DNA of 32,000 bases from Peptococcaceae bacterium BRH_c4b (GCA_000961595.1 LADO01000057.1:4991-36990); one strand, 5' to 3'. Shown: positions 22,158 to 29,429, counted from the stretch's first letter. The notes: a model not told the origin generated them from the sequence alone. A program made the numbers and translations.

Positions 22158-22415
22158 ATGAAAGGCTTTATTGCCCTGGCGCTGATAGCGGCCCTGGTGG
22201 CAGGTGCTGTTTGGATAGGTGATATCATTCCTGCCATTATGGAAGCCGGTAAAACCACCCCGGCTGTGCTGCAGAACATTTGCCGGGAATTAACGGGACT
22301 GTACAGCATTGAACGGAAATACTACATGACGGCAGTAAGTGTGGCCGTCGGCTGGACGATGAGCGTGATGTCTTTGGTTTTGCCGCGCAGGGCCTGTTTT
22401 ATTTTTAGGAGGTGA
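22158..22415 (+). CDS. Hypothetical 85-aa protein with two hydrophobic segments (weak call)
   Basis: The ORF has an N-terminal 'FIALALIAALVAGAVWIG' and a C-terminal 'AVSVAVGWTMSVMSLVL'. The SD is poor and distant, and I recognise no family. Confidence 0.3.
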   Translation: MKGFIALALIAALVAGAVWIGDIIPAIMEAGKTTPAVLQNICRELTGLYSIERKYYMTAVSVAVGWTMSVMSLVLPRRACFIFRR

Positions 22416-22701
22416 CCGGTGTTCTTTCCGGCACGTCGGCAAGAAAAACTGCATAGGGAAAAAATAATGATCTGCCGGTGGAAAAAAATCCTCCGGGCCC
22501 GGCGGAGTTACCGGCTCCCCGGCGCATGTCTTCCCCAGGCGGGGAATGTTCAAGTTTTGATTTGAATCTGGTTTAAACTCAATTTGTCCGGGGTGGGCAG
22601 AAAGATGTTTGGCAACTCCAGGGTCGTTTAATCCTGCCGGATTAAACATCTAAAGAATCACCACAATAATTATTTATAACGTTTTCCCGGAGGTGGTGTA
22701 T

Positions 22702-22749
22702 ATGATTGTGCCGTCTGAAATATGCACCGGGGAGTGCCGCCCGCCGTAA
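22702..22749 (+). CDS. Candidate 15-aa peptide MIVPSEICTGECRPP (speculative)
   Basis: A strong SD GGAGGTGG is followed by 5 nt and then the ATG. There are two Cys in CxxxC spacing. It is too short to evaluate by composition. Confidence 0.2.
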   Translation: MIVPSEICTGECRPP

Positions 22750-22882
22750 GAGGCATATTCTTAAGAGGCCACAGCCCAGGGCCCGGGCGGGGCCGAAGAG
22801 ACAGCAGGGAACGGAAAGGCATAATTTATCAGTTTCCGGTTAGAATACCATGATTTCTTCATAGGCGCCGCCTGGCGCAATT

Positions 22883-22912
22883 AAAAAGACTATCCGCGGT
22901 AGTCTTTTTTTT
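22883..22912. terminator. Bidirectional rho-independent terminator in the yabQ|divIC island
   Basis: AAAAAGACTA (22883-22892), loop TCCGCGG, TAGTCTTTTT (22900-22909), with the T-run extending to 22912. No annotated gene ends here. Confidence 0.65.
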
Positions 22913-22923
22913 GTTTAAGGTCA

Positions 22924-22974
22924 GGGGACACACCTCTGTTTGGAGTCTGGCTTTGGGGTCAGAGGAATGTCCCC
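22924..22974 (-). repeat. GGGGACA-hairpin repeat, copy D (inverted, CCCCAAAG-loop variant)
   Basis: The reverse complement reads GGGGACATTCCTCTG-accccaaagccagactccaaa-CAGAGGTGTGTCCCC. Confidence 0.7.
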
Positions 22975-23081
22975 AATTAAAATATTTTTTAACAACGTTG
23001 CCGGTAAAGCAGGAGATTTTAACAAAACGTAGAATTGTTGTAGTCATATTGTCCATAATTTGTAGTACGATTGGACTCCCT

Positions 23082-23113
23082 GGTGAGGTGTTAATCTCCG
23101 GTGAGGTGTTAAT
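23082..23113 (+). repeat. Tandem duplication of an SD-containing 14-mer (period 18) directly upstream of the HTH gene
   Basis: GGTGAGGTGTTAAT occurs at 23082-23095 and again at 23100-23113. The ATG is at 23120. Confidence 0.65.
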
Positions 23114-23119
23114 TTAATA

Positions 23120-23353
23120 ATGAAACTAGAAATCCGGGGAGTGGAAAAGCTCAGTTTCAGAGAGCGACAGGTTGTAACACTTAAAGAAATGGGAGTCTCA
23201 AGCGCTGAGATTGGCCGGCGCCTAGGTCTCAGTGGCAGCACTGTAGCCACCCTGATTAACAGGGCCAGGGGTAAGGGCTACGAAGTGGTTATCATCATAC
23301 CTGGCTATAGCTTGGGTTTGTCAGGGCCGGATGAGCAAGAAGAGGAGGGTTAA
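23120..23353 (+). CDS. Small LuxR/GerE-type (sigma-70 region-4-like) HTH protein, 77 aa
   Basis: 'LSFRERQVVTLKEMGVSSAEIGRRLGLSGSTVATLINRARGKG' fits the LuxR_C/GerE HTH pattern. There is no receiver or sensor domain. Confidence 0.65.
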   Translation: MKLEIRGVEKLSFRERQVVTLKEMGVSSAEIGRRLGLSGSTVATLINRARGKGYEVVIIIPGYSLGLSGPDEQEEEG

Positions 23354-23358
23354 GCTTT

Positions 23359-23754
23359 ATGACCTCCCGTAAAAATAATATATATGAATTTTCGGATCCC
23401 AGGCGCACAGACAGGGTAAAAAAGCGCCGGGTTTTCAGGCCGGGTATAAAGTGTATGATTGCATTGGCATTTTTTATGCTTTTTTATATGATATTCTCCT
23501 TTGGAACTAATTTTAACCGTCTTCATACTATGCAGCAGGATGTTGAAAAAATTGAGTCCCAGATAAATGATTTACAAAAGAAAAATAATGAATTGAGACA
23601 GCAATTAAAAATGGCCCAGTCAGACGCCTTTGTGGAAAAGATCGCCCGGGAGGAACTAAATCTAATCAAGCCCGGGGAAACCAGAATAGTGCCGGTACAG
23701 ACCAAGCCCCAAAAACCGGCAGGGCAAGTTAATGTCGGTGTACCCGGAGAATAA
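23359..23754 (+). CDS. divIC: Septum formation initiator (DivIC/FtsB family)
   Basis: It has a single TM segment ('IKCMIALAFFMLFYMIFSF'), a coiled coil 'QQDVEKIESQINDLQKKNNELRQQL', and 'FVEKIAREELNLIKPGE'. Its position after yabQ matches B. subtilis. Confidence 0.8.
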   Translation: MTSRKNNIYEFSDPRRTDRVKKRRVFRPGIKCMIALAFFMLFYMIFSFGTNFNRLHTMQQDVEKIESQINDLQKKNNELRQQLKMAQSDAFVEKIAREELNLIKPGETRIVPVQTKPQKPAGQVNVGVPGE

Positions 23755-23762
23755 ATCATTTC

Positions 23763-23792
23763 TTGACACCATCCCAGCCAACTGCATATAAT
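23763..23792 (+). promoter_or_regulatory. Near-consensus sigma-A promoter for yabR
   Basis: TTGACA (23763-23768), 18-nt spacer, TATAAT (23787-23792). Confidence 0.55.
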
Positions 23793-23837
23793 TTAAATAG
23801 GTTGTTTTCGGGATTATGGAGGAGGAAATTTAAAAGC

Positions 23838-24248
23838 ATGCCGTTGGAAGTGGGCAGTGTAGTGGAAGGTCAGGTCACCGGAATTACCAATTTCGGGGCA
23901 TTTATTCAACTGCCCGGGGGGGAAACCGGACTCGTTCACATCTCGGAAATAGCCGAGGTTTATGTCAAGGACGTAAACGAGTTTTTAAAACAGAATGACA
24001 AAGTTAAGGTGAAGGTAATATCAGTCGACCCCCGGGGTAAAATAGCGCTTTCCATCAAACAGGCCAAGCCTCCCACGGAAAAACCTGTTTATGAAAAGAA
24101 ATTCGCCCAGCGCAAGAGGTTTGAGCCTACCTTTGAGGATAAGCTGGCGAAATTCATGAAAGAAAGCGACGAACGTATACAGGTGCTGAAACGCAACACC
24201 GACTCCAAGAGAGGCGGGCGGGGAGGCCCTGGTCGCAGATCAGAGTGA
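23838..24248 (+). CDS. yabR: S1 RNA-binding domain protein (YabR-like)
   Basis: 'VGSVVEGQVTGITNFGAFIQLPGGETGLVHISEIAEVYVKDVNEFLKQNDKVKVKVISVDPRGKIALSIK' is an S1 domain. ATG 23838 lies downstream of GGAGGAGG. The ORF-track start at 23763 overlaps the promoter. Confidence 0.85.
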   Translation: MPLEVGSVVEGQVTGITNFGAFIQLPGGETGLVHISEIAEVYVKDVNEFLKQNDKVKVKVISVDPRGKIALSIKQAKPPTEKPVYEKKFAQRKRFEPTFEDKLAKFMKESDERIQVLKRNTDSKRGGRGGPGRRSE

Positions 24249-24255
24249 ACTAAGG

Positions 24256-24281
24256 GCATTTCCCGCCAGGGGAATGCTTTT
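24256..24281 (+). terminator. Rho-independent terminator of yabR
   Basis: GCATTTCCC (24256-24264), loop GCCA, GGGGAATGC (24269-24277) with one G-U pair, then T4. Confidence 0.7.
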
Positions 24282-24290
24282 ATAATAGTT

Positions 24291-24356
24291 GGGGACATTC
24301 CTTCGTGAGATCGTTAAGAAGTAAGGGAATTAGGTGACCGAAGAAGGTGTGTCCCC
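24291..24356 (+). repeat. GGGGACA-hairpin repeat, copy E (long-loop variant; first of a tandem pair)
   Basis: GGGGACATTCCTTCG-tgagatcgttaagaagtaagggaattaggtgac-CGAAGAAGGTGTGTCCCC. Confidence 0.75.
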
Positions 24357-24367
24357 TTTCATAAGTT

Positions 24368-24432
24368 GGGGACATTCCTTCGTGAGATCGTTAAGAAGTA
24401 AGGGATTAGGTGACCGAAGAAGGTGTGTCCCC
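24368..24432 (+). repeat. GGGGACA-hairpin repeat, copy F (long-loop variant; second of a tandem pair, period 77)
   Basis: Identical to copy E except for a 1-nt deletion (GGGAATT to GGGATT). It ends 22 nt before the ppx-like start codon. Confidence 0.75.
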
Positions 24433-24454
24433 TTTCCTTTATACGGAGTATTCT

Positions 24455-25378
24455 ATGAGCGGGGATATAAAAAAAATTGCCGTGATCGATGTGGGCAGCA
24501 ACTCCACAAGGCTGCTGATAGCCGGGGTTCACCGGGATGGGTCGGTTGAGCCGCTACATACAGATCTGATTACCACCAGGCTGGGCGAGGGTATTAACGA
24601 AGGTTTGCTGCTACCCGGGGCCATGGAGCGAACGGTGCAGGCCATGGCTTGTTTTAAGACTGTCATTAGTAACTGGAATGTGCATAAGTTGGTGGTGACG
24701 GCCACCAGTGCCGTACGTGATGCGGCCAACAGACAGGAATTCATTGATCTGGTACGGTTTGAGACGGGATACAAAATAATGGTTCTATCCGGTCCCGAGG
24801 AGGCCTTTTTCAGCTACTATGGCGTGGGGAAAGGGCTGGGGGAAGGACTTCAAGGGCTTGCGGTGGTGGATGTGGGCGGAGGCAGTACGGAGTTTACCTG
24901 GACGGAACGGAATTCCCTGGTGTGCGGCAGTACCAGGGTCGGTGCAGTGCGCATGACCGAGGGAGGACACACCGATGGCAAAATTATTGAGCTGTTAATG
25001 CCAGTCCTGGCCGGGGTGAAAAAATCTTGTCCCGCCGCCGTGGTGGGCGTTGGTGGAACCATTACCAATCTGGCGGCCATGGATTTGAAGCTAACGAAAT
25101 ATGATCCCGATAGGGTGCATGGACACCGGCTGTATATTGAAGGTGTGCACGATCTTTTGGAGGCCCTGACGGCGCTGGGGACAGAAGAAAGGAAAAAGTT
25201 ACCCGGCCTGCAGCCGGCCAGGGCCGATATAATCGTGGCCGGGTCAAGAATTATATTATTAATTATGAAAGAGCTGGGCCTTCCCTATTTAATCGTAAGC
25301 GAGACCGACTTGCTATATGGCCTGGCATCGGACAGCATTTATAATGTCGAAAGAAAAAATGTAATACATTACCAATAA
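24455..25378 (+). CDS. Ppx/GppA-family phosphatase (exopolyphosphatase / pppGpp phosphohydrolase-like)
   Basis: 'KKIAVIDVGSNSTRLLIA', 'VVTATSAVRDAANR' and 'VVDVGGGSTEF' are ASKHA/Ppx-GppA motifs. ATG 24455 gives 307 aa. The ORF-track start at 24410 lies inside repeat F. Confidence 0.85.
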   Translation: MSGDIKKIAVIDVGSNSTRLLIAGVHRDGSVEPLHTDLITTRLGEGINEGLLLPGAMERTVQAMACFKTVISNWNVHKLVVTATSAVRDAANRQEFIDLVRFETGYKIMVLSGPEEAFFSYYGVGKGLGEGLQGLAVVDVGGGSTEFTWTERNSLVCGSTRVGAVRMTEGGHTDGKIIELLMPVLAGVKKSCPAAVVGVGGTITNLAAMDLKLTKYDPDRVHGHRLYIEGVHDLLEALTALGTEERKKLPGLQPARADIIVAGSRIILLIMKELGLPYLIVSETDLLYGLASDSIYNVERKNVIHYQ

Positions 25379-25411
25379 TGACAATAATTACCCCCATCCC
25401 CGTACTATAAT
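25345..25411 (+). promoter_or_regulatory. spoIIE promoter region candidate: Spo0A box, -35-like element with a long spacer, and -10
   Basis: TGTCGAA at 25345-25351, ATGACA at 25378-25383, a 22-nt spacer, and TATAAT at 25406-25411. B. subtilis spoIIE is Spo0A-activated and has an over-long -35/-10 spacer (recalled). Confidence 0.5.
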
Positions 25412-25445
25412 GTATTTTATACAGAAATATAGCGGGGGTGGGCTT

Positions 25446-27872
25446 TTGTTTGAAAGAGTTGATGTATATCCCTACCGCAGAGCGGAAGGTAAACAGGGAG
25501 GGAAGAGGAGGGCCGGCATCCGGGTAGCCGATTCCTTTAAGTATATCACCGGGCTGGATATCAAGAGTATTGTTAGACCCGGATTTTTATTGACGGTGGT
25601 AGCGGCATTTTGCCTGGGCCGGGCCATTCTGTTGGGTGAACTGGCACCTTTCGCGCCTGCCTTTGCCGCAGCCTGCGCAATTTTTTTCGGCGCCGGAGCG
25701 GGCTTTGCGGCGGTGCTGGCGGTCTGTGCGGGTCTTGCCACTGTTTATTCCGGAAATAATTTAATTGCCGGGTTGGTAACATCTTGCGGTGTTTATTTTT
25801 TTGTACGGGCTATGCCGGAAAAATATACATCCCGCTGGCAGGGTCCGGCCATGGCCGTGCTGGCCCTGACCCTTTCCGTGAAAGCAGTGTTGCTAAGCTT
25901 TAACAGTGCCGATGCCTACAGTTATATTAATGTTTTGTTTGAGGCAGTTTTTGCTGCTGCTCTTACCCCCGGCCTGGTTCTGGCACTTAAAGCACTGGGC
26001 AAAGTAAACGGCGCTAAACTCCTGCACACGGAAGAGGTGGTTTGTGTGCTGACTTTAGTTGCCGGGGTGGTTGCCGGAACGGGTGACCTGCATTTGTGGT
26101 ACGCATCGGTAAAGGGCATCCTGAGCCGCCTGATCATTATGGTGAGTTCCCTGGCCGGTGGCGCCGGACTGGGAGCTGCCGCCGGCGCGCTGGTAGGAGT
26201 AATTCCGGGTCTTGTTTATACTTCCCTGCCTTTGCTAGTAGGAGCCTATTCCTTTGCCGGCGTGATTGCCGGCCTTGGTAAAATGCTTGGTAAGCCCGGT
26301 GTGGTGATTGGTTTTTTGCTGGGCAACATCATACTGTCCGTTTATATAGGCGATTTTACCGGTTTTACCGAGATTATGGCGGAAACTCTGGCTGCCTCAC
26401 TAATTTTTCTGTTAATACCATTGAAGTGGATAAAAACCTTTACTTTTTCCCTGTCCCAGGGGCTGGCCCCGGGAAAAAAAGAAGAGGCGGCAAGCACTAT
26501 CCGGGAAGTAATGCAGGAAAAAATACGTAATATTTCCTTGTTGTTCATAGAGTTGTCCAGGGCTTTCAGCCATGTTTCCGCCAGTGCCGAAGAAAGCGCC
26601 AAAGACAGGGAACTGGACTCATTGATGAAGGAAATAAATAACAAAGTTTGCTTCGGCTGTGGTATGTACCGGGTTTGCTGGGAGAAGGATTTTTACCGTA
26701 CTTACCAGCATGTTATGGAGATGTTTGCCACGGTAGAGACTTTTGGCCGGGTTACCGCCGAGGATATGCCCGGTGAATTTAAGAGGCGCTGCACCAGGCC
26801 CAGGGAACTGACCATTACCGTTTCCTGCCTTTACGACGCCTATAAATTGAACAGGTTTTGGAGTGCAAAGCTATCTGCAAGCAGAGGAATGGTGGGCGTC
26901 CAGCTAAAAGGTCTGGCCGGTATAATAGAGAATATCACGGGTGAAATTGATTTTAGCAGTGGTGATTTTAAAGAGAGGGATATATCTTTAAAATATATTT
27001 TGAAGGAGCAGGGCTACCATGCTTATCAGGTCAGATTTGGGGATAACGGGACCGGTAGTGAAATTTTTGTGACAGGAAAGGCCTGCGGGGGAACTGCGGA
27101 TTGCCGGTATAAAGTTGCGCCGGCAGTCTCCGGGGCTATGGATCAGCCCTATTATGCCAGCGGGTGCTTTTGTAACGGCATGACCAAAGGAGAAATTTGC
27201 AGCTTCCGTTTGTATCAGGGGCTGCATTACGATGTGGAGATCGGCGTTGCCTGTGACGGCAGGGACGGCGGTAACGTTAGCGGTGACAGCTACTCCTTTA
27301 CCCAGCTCAGCGGCGGGAGGTTTGCGGTGATCATCAGTGACGGCATGGGCTCCGGGGAAAAGGCTGCGGTCCAGAGTTCGGCCACTATCGCCATTCTAAA
27401 AAAGTTGATGGATTTCGGCCTTGATATGGAGACCTCCTTGAAGACGGTTAATTCCATTTTAATGTTGCGCCTGCCGGAAGAGACCTTCTCCACGGTGGAC
27501 ATGACGGTGATCAATCTTTATACCGGTCAGGGGGAAATCATTAAAATAGCCTCACCGCCGAGTTATTTAATCAGGGGCAAGAGGGTCATGCAACTGCAGG
27601 GGAACTCCCTTCCGGTAGGAATCGTCAGCGATATTGAAATAAGCACAGCTATTAAAAAGTTCATACCCGGGGATATGCTGGTCATGGTCACCGATGGAAT
27701 TGCAGACAGCCACCGGGGTTCGGGGGACAGGGAGTGGTTGACCGGTGTTCTGAGGGAAGCGGCCGGCATGGACCCCGGCGAACTGGCAAACCTTTTGCTG
27801 GATCTGGCCCGCAGCGGGGAAGGGCGGAACCATGATGATATGACGGCGGTGGTTGTTAAATTTATTAAGTAA
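25446..27872 (+). CDS. spoIIE: Stage II sporulation protein E (membrane PP2C phosphatase)
   Basis: It has about 10 hydrophobic segments at the N-terminus ('LGRAILLGELAPFAPAF...') and a C-terminal PP2C domain ('GDSYSFTQLSGGRFAVIISDGMGSGEKAA...DDMTAVVVK'). TTG 25446 has GGGGGTG 5 nt upstream. The ORF-track ATG at 25410 overlaps the -10 box and has no SD. Confidence 0.9.
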   Translation: MFERVDVYPYRRAEGKQGGKRRAGIRVADSFKYITGLDIKSIVRPGFLLTVVAAFCLGRAILLGELAPFAPAFAAACAIFFGAGAGFAAVLAVCAGLATVYSGNNLIAGLVTSCGVYFFVRAMPEKYTSRWQGPAMAVLALTLSVKAVLLSFNSADAYSYINVLFEAVFAAALTPGLVLALKALGKVNGAKLLHTEEVVCVLTLVAGVVAGTGDLHLWYASVKGILSRLIIMVSSLAGGAGLGAAAGALVGVIPGLVYTSLPLLVGAYSFAGVIAGLGKMLGKPGVVIGFLLGNIILSVYIGDFTGFTEIMAETLAASLIFLLIPLKWIKTFTFSLSQGLAPGKKEEAASTIREVMQEKIRNISLLFIELSRAFSHVSASAEESAKDRELDSLMKEINNKVCFGCGMYRVCWEKDFYRTYQHVMEMFATVETFGRVTAEDMPGEFKRRCTRPRELTITVSCLYDAYKLNRFWSAKLSASRGMVGVQLKGLAGIIENITGEIDFSSGDFKERDISLKYILKEQGYHAYQVRFGDNGTGSEIFVTGKACGGTADCRYKVAPAVSGAMDQPYYASGCFCNGMTKGEICSFRLYQGLHYDVEIGVACDGRDGGNVSGDSYSFTQLSGGRFAVIISDGMGSGEKAAVQSSATIAILKKLMDFGLDMETSLKTVNSILMLRLPEETFSTVDMTVINLYTGQGEIIKIASPPSYLIRGKRVMQLQGNSLPVGIVSDIEISTAIKKFIPGDMLVMVTDGIADSHRGSGDREWLTGVLREAAGMDPGELANLLLDLARSGEGRNHDDMTAVVVKFIK

Positions 27873-28022
27873 TAAGAAGTTTGCTTCCCACAGACCTCAG
27901 CGCAGGCTTTTTTTGTTGCCGGTGGGGAGGAAAATTAAATGTGCTGTGGAATCAGTAAGTGGAATCAGTAAAATGGTGTCAGATCTACTTAACTTAATTG
28001 CGGGTGGTGTTGCCCACTGGAT

Positions 28023-29429
28023 TTGTTGGAACAGGTTCAGGCCACGGTATTAAAATTCTCCATGTTCACTCCTGGGGATAAAGTACTGGTGGGAGTATCG
28101 GGAGGGGCTGATTCTGCGGCCCTTTTTCATCTACTGTTCCGGTTGAGGGAGGAATTAAAACTAACACTTTTTGCTTGCCATTTGAATCATATGTTCAGAG
28201 GGGAAGAAGCCCGGACCGACGCGGAATGGGTTGCTGCACTGGCCGAATCCCTTGATGTTCCGGCAGTCATAGAAAGTTTTAATGTTCCTGCCTATATGAC
28301 CAGGTACGGCCTGTCGGCCCAGGTGGCGGCCCGTCAGGTGCGTTATGATTTTTATCAGCGAACGGCAGACCGTTTGGGAGCCGTCAAGGTGGCCCTGGGG
28401 CACCACGCCGATGATCAGGCGGAAACTGTGCTGATTAATTTGATCAGGGGCGCGGGTCTCGCAGGGCTCAGGGGCATACCGCCTGTGCGTGATAATTTTT
28501 ACGTGCGTCCTCTTATTGAGGCCAGAAGAGCCCGGATCGAGTCCTACTGTTCCACATACGGCCTCTCTTACCGGCAGGATTCGTCGAATTTAAAACCTGT
28601 TTATACCCGCAACAGGATTCGTCTGGAGCTGATGCCCCTGCTGGAGGAAAAATACAATCCTACCATGGTCGATTCCCTTAATCGCCTGACCGGCATAATT
28701 CGTGAAGAAGATGAATACATGGATGCCGTTGCAGCGGGAATACTGGTGAAGGCGACAATACAGGCCAGGCCGGGTTTCGTCAGGCTATCCCTGGAACACC
28801 TCGCCAAAACTCCGGCGGTATTGAAAAGGCGTATGCTCAGGATTATATACAGGGAACTGGCCGGTAGTCATAATGTGCCAGATTTAAGGCACATTGAAAA
28901 TGCCCTTGGGCTGATGGAAAGTCGCCCGCTGCCGGGCAGGCTGGAATGGCCCGCAGGTATCACCTTGCTTCAAAGATACGGCGAACTGGAGATTGTTAAA
29001 GGTGGTTTGTGGGCCGAGATCCCGTACTATTGTTATGTGCTTAATATTCCGGGCTCCACCTGCATCCCTGAAACCGGGGCCACCATTGAAGTACAAATGA
29101 AGAATATCAGCCAGATAGCTGATCCGAAAACTCTGCACCCGGGGGAAGCGCTGCTGGATTACAATAAGTTACCAGGTCCAGTAAAGGTACGCCGCCGCAA
29201 AGACGGCGATTTGTTTTGGCCGCTGGGGTTTAAGGGTACAATAAAGTTAAAGAAATTTTTTATTGACCGGAAGATCCCGAGGGAATTAAGGGGATCAGTA
29301 CCTCTGGTGGTTTCAGGTGATGATGAGATAGTCTGGGTGGCCGGTATGCGCCCGGGTGAGAAGTGGAAAATTACCGAAGAAACTGAAAAGTGTTTGCACC
29401 TGAAACTTATTACAAAACACTGCAAGTAA
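28023..29429 (+). CDS. tilS: tRNA(Ile)-lysidine synthetase
   Basis: It has the PP-loop 'VLVGVSGGADSAAL', 'ALGHHADDQAETVL', and a C-terminal TilS_C region ('FFIDRKIPRELR...VWVAG'). The start (TTG 28023 or 28026) is uncertain. Confidence 0.9.
   Translation: MLEQVQATVLKFSMFTPGDKVLVGVSGGADSAALFHLLFRLREELKLTLFACHLNHMFRGEEARTDAEWVAALAESLDVPAVIESFNVPAYMTRYGLSAQVAARQVRYDFYQRTADRLGAVKVALGHHADDQAETVLINLIRGAGLAGLRGIPPVRDNFYVRPLIEARRARIESYCSTYGLSYRQDSSNLKPVYTRNRIRLELMPLLEEKYNPTMVDSLNRLTGIIREEDEYMDAVAAGILVKATIQARPGFVRLSLEHLAKTPAVLKRRMLRIIYRELAGSHNVPDLRHIENALGLMESRPLPGRLEWPAGITLLQRYGELEIVKGGLWAEIPYYCYVLNIPGSTCIPETGATIEVQMKNISQIADPKTLHPGEALLDYNKLPGPVKVRRRKDGDLFWPLGFKGTIKLKKFFIDRKIPRELRGSVPLVVSGDDEIVWVAGMRPGEKWKITEETEKCLHLKLITKHCK

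Noticed and set aside
21773-23117. ORF-track entries 21773-22132, 21780-22019, 21850-22104(-), 22290-22649(-), 22859-23056(-), 22911-23117 and 24334-24549, several sharing 'WGHS...VCPL'-like motifs.
   Set aside because: The shared motifs are translations of the GGGGACA hairpin repeats. The ORFs overlap each other on both strands, lack SDs, and have odd composition. I treat them as non-coding.
19660-24432. Whether the repeated GGGGACATTCC...GGTGTGTCCCC units form a CRISPR array.
   Set aside because: Only E/F are tandem, and the spacing elsewhere is irregular (hundreds to thousands of bp with genes in between). Orientations are mixed, the variable part is the hairpin loop rather than a spacer between repeats, and no cas genes are present.
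27939-27971. 10-codon ORF MCCGISKWNQ behind a strong SD (GGGGAGG) in the spoIIE-tilS spacer; I also considered ORF 27853-28053.
   Set aside because: It is too short to assess and largely consists of the 13-nt tandem repeat. The 66-aa ORF-track entry overlaps the spoIIE end and the tilS start, with no SD. I mention it only under the tandem-duplication finding.
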